Shown here: one piece after another, positions 20,263 through 30,762 of the stretch
Layout: every line of letters starts with the position of its first letter
Position numbering within the stretch: position 1 is the stretch's first letter
Assembly (NCBI GenBank): GCA_964248365.1
Contig: CAXTYC010000002.1
Span: forward strand, 294,547 to 358,546
Reading direction: 5' to 3'
DNA length: 64,000 bases
From: an uncultured Chroococcidiopsis sp.
Lineage (GTDB): Bacteria > Cyanobacteriota > Cyanobacteriia > Cyanobacteriales > Chroococcidiopsidaceae
Notes under the pieces: model-generated
Database searches by the model: none
What the model was told of the DNA's origin: nothing
What the model saw: only the letters and a program-made list of their open reading frames with translations
Program-made: the position numbers and the translations under genes

Positions 20263-21561
20263 ATGGCAATTATTCAAGGTACGTTGGGCAACGACTTTCT
20301 GAATGGGACAGAAGAAAATGATAAAATTTACGGCTTAGCAGGAGACGATACTATCTACAGCTATCAAGGTAATGATTTGGTATTTGGTGATGATGGCAAC
20401 GATAAGTTAATTGATAGTTACGGTGATGACACGCTCAACGGTGGTAAAGGTAACGACAGGCTAGAGGATGGCTACGGCAATGACACGCTCAACGGCGATG
20501 ACGGTAATGATACGATAGTTGGCTACTTTGACAACGGCAATGACACGCTCAATGGTGGTAACGGTGATGACACTCTTGATGGCGGTAACGGTAACGACAG
20601 GATAAATGGTGATAATGGCAACGACAGGCTAGAGGGTGGCTACGGTAGTGACATTCTCAACGGCGGAAGTGGTAATGACTTCTTGTTTGGCTTCCAAACA
20701 TTGGATAACACTAGCCTAAAAGGTGATATTGATACCCTAACTGGTGGAACAGGGAAAGATACATTTGTAGTTCCTTACACTTATGATGACCTTAATCCGG
20801 CAACTGCTGGTACGACTGACTACGCCCTGATTAAAGATTTACAAAAGAGTGAAGATTTTATCCAGCTTACAGGAGCTAAGAGTAACTATTTTCTAGCTCC
20901 ATCTCCTAACGGTTTACCAACAGGTACAGCAATATTTTTTGATAAACCTGGTAGCCAACCAGATGAATTAATTGGAATTGTTGGAGAATCAACAGATTTA
21001 AATCTCAATGCCAGCTATTTCACTACCACTGTTGATGATAAGTTTTCTGGTACACCTGAAAATGATAAGTTTGACGGTGGAGAAGGCAACGATTCTCTGA
21101 TAGGAAATGGTGGAAATGATATTTTGATTGGTGGCAATGGTGATGATACTCTGTCAGGTGCAATTGAGGGCGATCCCTTTGCTGATTCTAATTCAAAAGG
21201 AAAAAATCAAATTGATACTCTAACTGGTGGCTCTGGAAAAGATAAATTTATTTTGGGAGAAGCATTTACTTATAACGGTTCTAAAATTGTCTCTGTTTAC
21301 TATGACGATTTAAGTAATACAACTGCTGGAACGACTGACTACGCACTAATTACTGATTTTAATTCCAGCCAAGATGTGATTCAATTGGGAGGCACATCAG
21401 CTAACTATACTTTGGGTTCATCTCCTAAAGATTTACCAACAGGAACGGGTATATATATTGACAAACCTAATACTGAACCAGATGAATTAATTGCTATTGT
21501 GCAAGGAGTTTCCCCATCCTCTCTGAATCTTAGTGCTTCCTACTTCAGTTACGCTGCTTAA
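20263..21561 (+). CDS. RTX/hemolysin-type Ca-binding repeat protein
   Basis: Many GGxGxDxL nonapeptides; duplicated ~100-aa domain containing AGTTDYALI and PDELI. Confidence 0.9.
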   Translation: MAIIQGTLGNDFLNGTEENDKIYGLAGDDTIYSYQGNDLVFGDDGNDKLIDSYGDDTLNGGKGNDRLEDGYGNDTLNGDDGNDTIVGYFDNGNDTLNGGNGDDTLDGGNGNDRINGDNGNDRLEGGYGSDILNGGSGNDFLFGFQTLDNTSLKGDIDTLTGGTGKDTFVVPYTYDDLNPATAGTTDYALIKDLQKSEDFIQLTGAKSNYFLAPSPNGLPTGTAIFFDKPGSQPDELIGIVGESTDLNLNASYFTTTVDDKFSGTPENDKFDGGEGNDSLIGNGGNDILIGGNGDDTLSGAIEGDPFADSNSKGKNQIDTLTGGSGKDKFILGEAFTYNGSKIVSVYYDDLSNTTAGTTDYALITDFNSSQDVIQLGGTSANYTLGSSPKDLPTGTGIYIDKPNTEPDELIAIVQGVSPSSLNLSASYFSYAA

Positions 21562-21625
21562 GGAAATTAAATCATTCATCTATGCTTTGGTAATTGGTAG
21601 TTGGTAGAAAAAAGGGTAGGGGTAA

Positions 21626-21806
21626 CTGAGATCTTGCATCTGTTGCAACGTCCGCCTGCGAATTTAATTCACAGGCTCATAGCAAAAACCCATTAAAATG
21701 GGTTAAAGTCTGTCTACTAGTCTACTTTAGTAGACTTGGGCTATGAGCCTTGAAAACCCTTTCAAGGTGGAGCTGGATGCTGATCAAGAATGCTGCAAGA
21801 TCTGAC
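21626..21806. mobile_element. MITE, 181 bp, copy 1
   Basis: Ends CTGAGATCTTGCA...TGCAAGATCTGAC; GGTAA direct repeats at 21621-21625 and 21807-21811; internal hairpins; related to 59872-60041. Confidence 0.8.
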
Positions 21807-21878
21807 GGTAAGCAATTCGGTTTTACCGCAATACCTCTTACCCTTACCCTAATAATTACCCATTACTCTTTTGAAATT

Positions 21879-23771
21879 TCAAAATTTTTTGTTCTTACTT
21901 TCTTGCAGGGAACTACCCAAACCTTGGAGAATTCCCCTCCCAATCAAGCCAATAGCTCGTCCAACTACTTGTGTAAGTATGTAAACAAAGCCGTTACCCA
22001 AAAATTCTACTACTGCTCGTAGACGAGGAGCGATCGCATCCCGAAATTCTAGGACAAGCGTTACCACTAACCCAATCCCTGAAAGTCTTGCCAGTTCTTG
22101 ACTACGGGGCGCATAGATTGAAGTTTTGGCTATGCCCCGACTGACTAACAAAAACAGTTCATAGCGACTTTCAAAAATATTCTTTGGCTCACCAATATAA
22201 TTTTCTAGGCGATATTTCCAAGATAAATCGTTTCTAAATCGCTCAACTTCCCGTGTAGAAATTAAACGCCTATCGTAATAATTTTGTTTAATTACTTCTA
22301 CATCTGCAAAATGGTTTAATAATGGTTGCACCACTCCATTAGCTAGCTGAATTAACAAATTTTGTAAAATTATTTCAGCCCGTTCTTGTGCCTCTGGACT
22401 ATCAGCCGAAAAAGTAGTATTATAAATAATTAAATCAGTTTGAAAGAGTAAATAAGAAAATAACTCAACAGCTAAAGGAATTTTATTTAAAATTGCTGTT
22501 TGAACAATTTCAGCATCTTGCAACAAAATACTAACAATTTCTAAAGAGCGATCGCCCACTTGCAATGTAGAGTATTTGCCAAAAAAATCATTCGTTGCTG
22601 CCTGCCACAAATCCCGCACAATGATATAACGCATTTGGGCTAATTGACTACTTTGAACTTGAGAAAAACGTAAGTCTGTCAGAATATCCTCTATCTTTTG
22701 CAAAATTAGATTAAGTAATTCTCTTTTTTTTTCTTCCCGTAAAATATCTATTTCCAAAGGCACACGGGTAAGATTTTCAAGACCCCTTTCCAGTTTTTCT
22801 CGTACAGACGCAAATAAAGAAAAGGGGCGAGGGGCGAGGGGCGAGCGAGAAGGGGCAAGAGGATTTTGGATTTTAGATTTTAGATTTTGGATTGAAGAAT
22901 CTCCCCCAGCTCCCCCAGCTCCCCCTGCCCTCTTCTGACTTCTTTCTTCAGATGTAGCCAATAGCTGGTTAACCAACCATCGAGACGCTAATAATTCTCG
23001 TCGTTGCCCGGATAGTATTGCTTGCTCTAGCAGTGGTAGCCCAGGTTGCAGTTGTGTTGTTACCTTAGCCAAGGATATATCTATTTGCCTTAGCCCAGAT
23101 AATCGCAAATGATGGCGAAGTCGGGCAAAGGAATTTTGGATTTTAGATCTCCCCTTGATCCCCCTCCCGTCTCCCTTTTTAAGGGGGAAGCCAGAGGAAG
23201 CTACGCTATTAAGTTCAAGGCGGGCTGGGAGAACCGGATTTTCGATTTTGGATTGAAGTTTCTCCAAGTCCCCCAAGTCCTCAAGTCTTTCGCTTATTAC
23301 CTCAACCCAATACTCTCGCCCCGCTGCTACCTGTTTGATTGCGTAGACTAAATCTGCTACAGGAATACCTTTAGGACAATACCCATCCACCCCACTAGCC
23401 CTCGCTGCTGTAAGTTGTGTAGGTGAGGCTAGGGGAAAAGTAAGTAGCAATACTGGCACAAGGGGGTATTGGGTTTTCAGTTGGCGAGATTGGAGTTGCG
23501 ACAAATCGCTCGACTGGGAGAAATCTATATTCAATCCCAATAAAACTAAATCTACTCTCAACGCGCGATCGCTACTAGCTCTGCTGGTAAGCTCTGATAA
23601 AGCTTGCCCCGCAATAGCGCTGTTTTCTGCCTCGGCTACTACTTGCAAGTCAGGAAATTGTGACAAAACTATTTTTAATCCAGTACGATAGATTTGGTCT
23701 GGATCAATTAGCACTAGCTTAAGTGGGTAAGCTAGGTGATCGCCTAGCTTTGCTGAAACTCTTTCGCTCAT
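21879..23771 (-). CDS. ycf55: DUF3685 / Ycf55 response-regulator-like protein with two in-frame repeat insertions
   Basis: N-terminal receiver-like domain (LVLIDPD, GYCPKG); LENLTRVPLEIDILR, ISTREVERFRNDLSW. Confidence 0.85.
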   Translation of the reverse strand: MSERVSAKLGDHLAYPLKLVLIDPDQIYRTGLKIVLSQFPDLQVVAEAENSAIAGQALSELTSRASSDRALRVDLVLLGLNIDFSQSSDLSQLQSRQLKTQYPLVPVLLLTFPLASPTQLTAARASGVDGYCPKGIPVADLVYAIKQVAAGREYWVEVISERLEDLGDLEKLQSKIENPVLPARLELNSVASSGFPLKKGDGRGIKGRSKIQNSFARLRHHLRLSGLRQIDISLAKVTTQLQPGLPLLEQAILSGQRRELLASRWLVNQLLATSEERSQKRAGGAGGAGGDSSIQNLKSKIQNPLAPSRSPLAPRPFSLFASVREKLERGLENLTRVPLEIDILREEKKRELLNLILQKIEDILTDLRFSQVQSSQLAQMRYIIVRDLWQAATNDFFGKYSTLQVGDRSLEIVSILLQDAEIVQTAILNKIPLAVELFSYLLFQTDLIIYNTTFSADSPEAQERAEIILQNLLIQLANGVVQPLLNHFADVEVIKQNYYDRRLISTREVERFRNDLSWKYRLENYIGEPKNIFESRYELFLLVSRGIAKTSIYAPRSQELARLSGIGLVVTLVLEFRDAIAPRLRAVVEFLGNGFVYILTQVVGRAIGLIGRGILQGLGSSLQESKNKKF

Positions 23772-23819
23772 CGTGAGTTAATTTTCGCTCACTTGCAGCG
23801 TAACGCAGATCAATTTAAG

Positions 23820-24045
23820 GGTAAAGAGGAAATCAATTACCAGTTACCAGTTAAAAGAAAAGGGAAAAGGGAAAAGGGGAAAGGCTAAAGGCTGAAGGTT
23901 AAAGGATAAAGGTTAAAATTTCAGACTTCAACAAGCGCCTTCGGCAACGCGCGCGAACACACTTCATCCTTCATGCTTCGCATACAGACGCAATATATTG
24001 CGTCTCTACACACTTCACACTTCATCCTTCATCCTTGATCCTTCT
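23820..24045. repeat. Modular repeat cassette with embedded small palindromes
   Basis: TTACCAG, AAAAGGG, AAGGCTA/AAGGATA units followed by CTTCATC/CTTCACA units; palindrome AGACGCAATATATTGCGTCT. Confidence 0.8.
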
Positions 24046-24072
24046 TGTGCTTCCACTATCTACGCGCTTCCA

Positions 24073-24516
24073 CTAGCTTGTAGCCTGTCGATAGCCGTAA
24101 AAGTTAATGCTATATTCAGTGATCCGCACCCCTGTTTGTTTTTCGATTTCCCTGAGTAAACTTTCTGGTAGTTCCACCTCGACATCTAAAATCTGATTGG
24201 TATCTAAGCAGTTTACATGGCTGTGGGAGTCGCTAATATTACCATATAAACGACCATCGGAGCGCTCTACACACTCAATGATTCCCTGACTTGATAGCGC
24301 GTCTAAATTCTGATACACAGAAGTATGACCAATACCTTTACCTTGCTGGTTAAGGCGATCGTAAATTTCTCTTGCTGATAGGTGTTCTTGGGCTTGCCAA
24401 AGCAACTCTAAAATGAAGCGACGCTGGCGGCTGACGCGCATACCTAAAAGCTGACACCGCTCAACAGCATCTTCTAATGATCGAATTGGTTTGACAGCTA
24501 CCGCTTCTTTTTGCAT
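24073..24516 (-). CDS. furC: Fur-family regulator, cyanobacterial FurC/PerR type
   Basis: GMRVSRQRRFILELL, HLSAREIY, GHTSVYQNL, HSHVNCLDT. Confidence 0.88.
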   Translation of the reverse strand: MQKEAVAVKPIRSLEDAVERCQLLGMRVSRQRRFILELLWQAQEHLSAREIYDRLNQQGKGIGHTSVYQNLDALSSQGIIECVERSDGRLYGNISDSHSHVNCLDTNQILDVEVELPESLLREIEKQTGVRITEYSINFYGYRQATS

Positions 24517-24877
24517 ATCTACATTTCTTTTACTAAATAGGCAGATAATCGCTTCTACCTCTTGTTACTATTTTATCCACTACACACGAGCAAGTACTGA
24601 GTTGTGGAATTTTCGTCCAGCTAAGGAAATTTTTGCCAACCTAGAGGATGTTTAGTTTCCATCGTCTACTTTCGCTAACACTTACTCATAGCTGCAAAAA
24701 AGATGCTATTGAGAAATTGTGCGGCTTGAGTATGGTTGTTAGTTATACAATTGGAGCTTCAACTCCTTAGTTGCTAAAACAAACTCATTACTACTTTAAA
24801 CTATTTTGACTGTAAGCGTCTACAAACAGTTATCAGTTATCAGTTATCAATTGCAAGTCACTGTCTTCACAACTTCT

Positions 24878-24942
24878 GTACGGGCGGGTTTATCTAAATT
24901 GTCTGTCTGACTACTAGCTTATTTATTAAACTTGCCCCTACG
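24878..24942. repeat. REP-like inverted repeat
   Basis: GTACGGGCGGGTTT ... AAACTTGCCCCTAC. Confidence 0.6.
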
Positions 24943-25068
24943 ACTTCCAACTCCTGTCCTCTGTCGTGGGTCGATCTTCGTGGGTCTTCTTGGGTAACAA
25001 TATTAAAAAACACGAAGAGCATCTGTGCTATCTTCGGCGAAGAAGAGCCTGTAACTGTTGATAACTCA

Positions 25069-25545
25069 ATGACAATCACGATCGCGCTTTCCCCTGACAA
25101 TCTGCACAGTTTAGATATTTCCCCAGTAGCAACAGTGATTGAAAATTTGCTGCTTGAAAAATCAGCGATCGCCAGCTACGAGCAGCAGCTATGCTTTGAT
25201 ATTGACTACCCTCGCACACCAGAAGATCCCCGCGAACTCTCAGAAATCCCAGAAGTACGGTTGTGGTTTATTCGGCTCGATACCCGCTATCCTTGGTTGC
25301 CATTTCTACTCGATTGGAAAGCAGGGGAACTAGCTCGTTATACCGCCATGCTCGTACCACACCAATTCAACCGTAAAGAAGGCATCCAATACAATCCAGA
25401 AGCTCTGGAAATTTTTTTGATGCAGAAAATATTTATTTTAACCGACTGGCTGCAACAAATGGGAATCCCTAGCCAATCCCGACTTAAATCAATGGGTCAG
25501 ATTTTAGGCTACGACTTAGACAACTCAATATTTGAAATGTTGTAA
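25069..25545 (+). CDS. crr6: CRR6-family NDH-1 (NdhI) maturation factor
   Basis: DPRELSEIPEVRLWFIRLD, RYTAMLVPHQF, NPEALEIF. Confidence 0.93.
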   Translation: MTITIALSPDNLHSLDISPVATVIENLLLEKSAIASYEQQLCFDIDYPRTPEDPRELSEIPEVRLWFIRLDTRYPWLPFLLDWKAGELARYTAMLVPHQFNRKEGIQYNPEALEIFLMQKIFILTDWLQQMGIPSQSRLKSMGQILGYDLDNSIFEML

Positions 25546-25596
25546 TAGGCAAGAGGAAGCGCGAAAAAGGAGTTGTGGAGTTGTGGAGTTATGTAG

Positions 25597-28500
25597 TCAG
25601 TAGTTCTTCCCCTTGTCGGGTTGTCCCCTTGTCCCCTTTTGCTCCCCCTCTCGCCGTTGAACTAACTCGACCACGATCTCGACTAGGGCAATTGGATCGA
25701 TGGGTTTGGCAAGGTGTCGTTGGAAACCTGCCCCAATCGCTTGCTGTCGATCCAATTCTCCCGCATAGGCAGTCAGTGCGATCGCTGGAACACATCCCCC
25801 TTGATTGGGTGGTAGCATTCGGATTTGACGCATGAACATATAGCCATCGATTTGGGGCATACCGATATCGCTCACCACAATGTTAGGAATCGATTGTGAA
25901 AAAGCTTGTAGGGCGTTAAACCCAGAGGATACAGCCGTGACGATCGCGTTTTCTTGCTCTAGGACAAAAGCTACGAACTCGCGTGAGTCTAGGTCATCGT
26001 CTACTACTAAAACCTGAATGCCACTCAAATCACCTGTCGCTTCTGAGGATTTTGCGATAGACGGCATTTCAACAGACTTGGAAGCAAGAGGAATCTGTAC
26101 AGTAAAGGTGGCTCCTTGTCCTTCGCCTGGACTTGAAACAACCACCTTTCCACCATGCAGTTCGACAAGCTGACGCACGATTGCAAGTCCCAGTCCAAGT
26201 CCGCCAAATTTGCGTGTTGTGGAGCCGTCTTCTTGCAGGAAATGGTCAAATACATACGGCAAAAAGCTTGCACTAATGCCTTTGCCTGTGTCTCTAACCT
26301 GAATTTGGGCATTGCTACCAACAAGCGTTAAATCAACTTCAATTTTTCCACCTTGCCCAGTAAATTTAACGGCATTGGATAGAAGATTCCACACGACTTG
26401 CTGTAATCGAGTGGCATCGCCAATCGCGCTCAACCCTGGGGTAATATTTGTTTGAATTTGCAAGGATTTGGCATTGGCAGCTAATTGAACGGTTTCGATT
26501 GCCGAAAAAATCACGCTACCGAGATCGACGGGCATAGCATTTATGACCAATTTGCCGCGCAGAATCCGAGAAACATCAAGTAGATCGTCAATTAGTTGCA
26601 CCTGTAACTTAGCGTTGCGCTCAATGGTAGCGAGGGCTTCGATACTTTTTGTAGCGTTGAGTTTGCCACTTTGCAACAACCTTGACCAGCCGAGAATAGG
26701 ATTGAGTGGGGAACGTAATTCATGGGACAGGACGGCAAGAAACTCATCTTTGATCCGATTGGCTCGTTCGGCTTCTTCACGAGCTATTTGTTCCCTTGCA
26801 AGCAATTGTTCGCGCTCAAGTTCGGCTTGTTTGCGATCGGTGATGTCGCGAGCTGCTGCGTAAAAAACGTTTTGTTCGGGAAAGGAAGCAACGCTCCACG
26901 AAATCCAGCGATAAGAGCCGGATTTCGTGCGGTAGCGGTTTTCAAACCCGTTTGTTTCGATTCCCCTCTCTAGTTTTTGCGCTTCAACCAGTGTTGCAGC
27001 TCGATCGTCAGGATGCACAAACTCAAGATAAGGCTGTGTTGTCAGTTCTGTCTGGGTAAAACCAAGGGTTTTTTCCCAAGCCGGATTGACTTGTGTGAAG
27101 TAGCCGTCGAGGTTGACGATCGCTAGCATATCTAGGGACAAGTTGAAGAAGCGATCGCGTTCTTGGGTAACTTGCACCAGTTGGGTAAGATCCACAATAA
27201 AGGCGATGACTTCTTGAGCCTGATTATAAGGTTCCTGAAGCAGAGCAGCAGCAATTAATATCGGAATCCGCCGACCATTCTTGTGAAGGTATACCTTCTC
27301 ATAAGGCGCACAGACCCCCCGTGTACTCAATTGTTCAATTGCTTTTGCATCCAAGGCGGCAAATTCTGGCGGGGTGAGTTGCTCCCATCGCACTCGCCCG
27401 GACTGCATTTCCTCTAAGGTGTAGCCAACTAATTTTAAGAGATAATCATTGGCGTAGTGCAGCCCACCCTCGCAATCGCCAAAGACAACCCCAAACAAGT
27501 TTGATTCGACCAATCGCCGGAACCGCCGTTCGCTTTCTTGCAAGGCGACCTCTTTTTGTTTGCGATCGGTAATTTCGGCACAAATAATCGCAATACCATC
27601 GGGCGTGGGATAAATTCGATTCTCAAACCAGCGATTCCAAGTTGCGTAGTGATACTCAAACTGTATCGCCTTTTGTTCAAGCATGGCTTGATGGAATCGA
27701 TCGTAAAGTTCGCTACCGACGATATCGGGGAAAATTTCCCAAACGTTCTTGCCTAAAACGTCTTCACGCTGCATCCCAATTATTTCGGTTTGGCGATCAT
27801 TGATGTAGGTGTAGCGCCAGTTGCGATCGAGAACGAAAAAACCATCTCGAATGCTGGATACAACGCCTTGCAGGTTGGCTTCTGCGGTTTCTACTTCAAT
27901 CTTTAAGGCTTGTTCGCGCACTCGCGCAGTTCTGCGGAGTTGGGCTAACTTAAGATTGGCTTCAATGCGAGCCAGCAGTTCTCGCGCCGAAAACGGTTTG
28001 ATTAAATAATCATTGGCTCCGGCTTCCAATCCTTCGATGCGCGATTCTTCACCCGCCCGTGCTGATAAGAGGATGATGGGGATATCTTGAGTTTTGGGAT
28101 CGGATCGTAGCGATCGCAACAATTCAAAACCATCTATTCCTGGCATCATCACATCAGTTAACACTAAATTCGGTGGATTCTCTCGCATAGCCGCTAGTGC
28201 CGCGATGCCATCTGCTACCGTTTGAACAATATAGCGCGAACTCAAAAGTCGTTTAATGTATTCGCGCATATCAGCATTGTCATCAGCAAGCAAAATGTAG
28301 GCTGGGGAGGCTGCGAAGCACTTTAGCAGAGGAGCAGGGGAAGATTTTTGCTTAGTCTCCAATCCTAAGTCTCTACTGCCTTCTTGTTCCCTAGTCCCTA
28401 GCCCCCAGCCCCCAGCCCCTTCTTCTGGTAGCCAGCTTAAAGCTTCTTCGAGATAGGGCATTGCTCCTAACGTAGTTGACGCTAATGTGCTGCGTTCACC

Positions 28501-30249
28501 AATGCGATCGCACTGTAAATGTGCCGAGCCACTGGGAATTAATACCTCAAAGCAGCTGCCTTGTCCTAAAACACTGGTGACGTTGACCGTCCCACCGTGT
28601 AATTTCACCAATTCCTGCACTAGTGATAAACCAATGCCCGATCCTTCAAAACTTCGTCCTATTGATCCTTTTACACGATAAAAGCGTTCAAATAAATGGG
28701 GTAGTTCCTCTGGTGGAATGCCAACGCCCGTATCTTCAACTGTTAACTGGGCTTGCGTTTCTACCCACCTCAGCCGAACTGTTATTGTTCCTGATAATGT
28801 AAATTTAAATGCATTTGATAACAGATTGAAAACGATCTTCTCCCACATTTCTCGATCGACAAAAATCGCTTCGGGCAAGGTCGAACACTCGACAATCAGC
28901 TGTATTCCTGCCTGTTCGATCGTCGAGCGAAACACGCTGGCAAGTTCAGCCGTCAGCGTGGCTAAATCTGTTGGCTCATACATTGCCTGAATCCGTCCGG
29001 CTTCAATGCGAGAAAAATCAAGCAATGTGTTAACCAATTTCAGCAAGCGCAGTCCGTTGCGCTGTACCAATTCAATTCGTTCGCGTTGCTTTTGTGGTAA
29101 TGGTTCGACCGTATCAGCTAGCGCGTCTTCAGTCGGACTCAACATCAACGTTAAGGGTGTGCGAAATTCGTGGGAAACGTTGCTGAAAAATACGGTTTTG
29201 GCGCGATCGAGTTCTGCCAGAGCTTCGGCTCTTTGGCGTTCTGCTTCATAAGCACGAGCATTAGCGATCGCCCCTGTAATCTGCCCTGCAACCAGATCGA
29301 AGAAACCTTTGTAATCGTCGTCGAATGCTCGTCTGGGACTGATACCCGCAATCAAAAATCCAGTTAGTTTCGCTTGTCCTGGAGTAGTGAGCGGCAGTAC
29401 CATAGCCGAGTTTGGTGACTCAGACCACACACCTCCAGGTAATGCACCAAACTTTGATTGCACCTGTTCGACAAGCTGACTTTCGCCCCCTGCGAGAACG
29501 GTAGAAAGCGACCAGCCAGACGTGCTATCCGGTATCTCTATTTCTAGGGGACTGGCGGGTGTTCCTGCGGTTAATCCCGCCCAGCTAACGAGTCGCGCCC
29601 GCGCTTCGGTGTCATCTAGCAAATACAGCAGCGCAAACGGCACATCATAGGGATTATTGGCTAATGTTTTTGCAGAAATCTCACAAGCATCCTCAACCGT
29701 CTTCGCCTCGGCGGTTTTAGCTGCAAGTTCTCGTAGAGTACGCAAGCGGCGATCGCTCAACACGCGAACTGTATCCTCAGTGCAGGCACAAAAGACCCCG
29801 CCTACACCGCCGTCATCGTTGGCAACGGGGCTGTAGGAAAACGTAAAGTAAGTTTCCTCAGTGTAGCCATTCCGTTCCATAATTAAGAGCAATTCCTCAT
29901 TCCACGAAGAGCGTCCTTCCCGAAGAACGGCTTCTGCTTGAGGACCTAGGGTATCCCAGATTTCTGCCCATACCATTGATGCGGGTTGACCTAATGCCTG
30001 GGGATGACGTTTACCCAAAATCGGAATGTAGGCATCATTATAAAATTTAGTCATCGACTGTCCCCACCAAACAAACATGGGGTAGCGCGACCCTAAGATA
30101 ATGCGAATTGCCGTTTTTAGGCTTTGCGACCAAGTTTCGACAGCACCGACTGCGGTAGTTGACCAGTCATGCGATCGTATGAGTTGCCCCATTTCACCGC
30201 CGCCAGCCAAAATCTCTTCATAAGCCGTCGATTTTTGCTCAACGCCCAC
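25597..30249 (-). CDS. Hybrid sensor kinase: PAS-like, GAF, HisKA/HATPase, REC, 3xPAS, HisKA/HATPase, REC
   Basis: H-boxes SHEFRTPL and SHELRSPL; G-boxes GSGIGL and GLGLGL; REC motifs DVMMP and DIGMP. Confidence 0.95.
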   Translation of the reverse strand: MGVEQKSTAYEEILAGGGEMGQLIRSHDWSTTAVGAVETWSQSLKTAIRIILGSRYPMFVWWGQSMTKFYNDAYIPILGKRHPQALGQPASMVWAEIWDTLGPQAEAVLREGRSSWNEELLLIMERNGYTEETYFTFSYSPVANDDGGVGGVFCACTEDTVRVLSDRRLRTLRELAAKTAEAKTVEDACEISAKTLANNPYDVPFALLYLLDDTEARARLVSWAGLTAGTPASPLEIEIPDSTSGWSLSTVLAGGESQLVEQVQSKFGALPGGVWSESPNSAMVLPLTTPGQAKLTGFLIAGISPRRAFDDDYKGFFDLVAGQITGAIANARAYEAERQRAEALAELDRAKTVFFSNVSHEFRTPLTLMLSPTEDALADTVEPLPQKQRERIELVQRNGLRLLKLVNTLLDFSRIEAGRIQAMYEPTDLATLTAELASVFRSTIEQAGIQLIVECSTLPEAIFVDREMWEKIVFNLLSNAFKFTLSGTITVRLRWVETQAQLTVEDTGVGIPPEELPHLFERFYRVKGSIGRSFEGSGIGLSLVQELVKLHGGTVNVTSVLGQGSCFEVLIPSGSAHLQCDRIGERSTLASTTLGAMPYLEEALSWLPEEGAGGWGLGTREQEGSRDLGLETKQKSSPAPLLKCFAASPAYILLADDNADMREYIKRLLSSRYIVQTVADGIAALAAMRENPPNLVLTDVMMPGIDGFELLRSLRSDPKTQDIPIILLSARAGEESRIEGLEAGANDYLIKPFSARELLARIEANLKLAQLRRTARVREQALKIEVETAEANLQGVVSSIRDGFFVLDRNWRYTYINDRQTEIIGMQREDVLGKNVWEIFPDIVGSELYDRFHQAMLEQKAIQFEYHYATWNRWFENRIYPTPDGIAIICAEITDRKQKEVALQESERRFRRLVESNLFGVVFGDCEGGLHYANDYLLKLVGYTLEEMQSGRVRWEQLTPPEFAALDAKAIEQLSTRGVCAPYEKVYLHKNGRRIPILIAAALLQEPYNQAQEVIAFIVDLTQLVQVTQERDRFFNLSLDMLAIVNLDGYFTQVNPAWEKTLGFTQTELTTQPYLEFVHPDDRAATLVEAQKLERGIETNGFENRYRTKSGSYRWISWSVASFPEQNVFYAAARDITDRKQAELEREQLLAREQIAREEAERANRIKDEFLAVLSHELRSPLNPILGWSRLLQSGKLNATKSIEALATIERNAKLQVQLIDDLLDVSRILRGKLVINAMPVDLGSVIFSAIETVQLAANAKSLQIQTNITPGLSAIGDATRLQQVVWNLLSNAVKFTGQGGKIEVDLTLVGSNAQIQVRDTGKGISASFLPYVFDHFLQEDGSTTRKFGGLGLGLAIVRQLVELHGGKVVVSSPGEGQGATFTVQIPLASKSVEMPSIAKSSEATGDLSGIQVLVVDDDLDSREFVAFVLEQENAIVTAVSSGFNALQAFSQSIPNIVVSDIGMPQIDGYMFMRQIRMLPPNQGGCVPAIALTAYAGELDRQQAIGAGFQRHLAKPIDPIALVEIVVELVQRREGEQKGTRGQPDKGKNY

Positions 30250-30254
30250 AATCC

Positions 30255-30460
30255 TTACTCCGTTTCCGAGAAATATTTCGTTTGCAACTCCATACTATGC
30301 TTGCCTAATTGCTCTAATAGAACATAAATCTGTTTTATTGCTAAATGGGTTGGGGTTGCCCGTCCATTTTCAAGCGCGATTAATTGTAGGGAACGTGACC
30401 CCTAGCTGAGTAGCAAACTTTTCTTGAGATAGTTTCATTATCTACCGCAAGTCTCGAAAG
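30255..30460 (-). pseudogene. XRE-family HTH regulator pseudogene
   Basis: FRDLR*IMKLSQEKFATQLGVTFPTINR, then after a frameshift ENGRATPTHLAIKQI...; ends 5 bp before the kinase GTG. Confidence 0.8.
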
Positions 30461-30623
30461 CTAGTTGTTTTGTATCAAATATTTCTCTACCCAAACCCAT
30501 AGAGCAAAATTTGTAACAGACTTTATAAATCTGTATTGTTGAATAATATTTCTTGAGATGTCTAGCTACCTCCCAAGAGTATAAGCAGTAGATCTTTTGC
30601 ACTCGTCTACATTAACCCACAAG

Positions 30624-30701
30624 GTCTGCCACCCAATCCCCACCTGGTGTAATACCGAGCTTCGCCCTCCATCAATAATTTGGTGGGCATGGGTGGCAGA
30701 C
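30624..30701. repeat. Imperfect inverted repeat
   Basis: GTCTGCCACCCA...CCCACC / GGTGGGCATGGGTGGCAGAC. Confidence 0.7.
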
Positions 30702-30762
30702 TTTGGCAAATTGTTTACTTGCTTACCAAAAAATGAGGCGGCTTTTAGTTAATCTAACCTGA

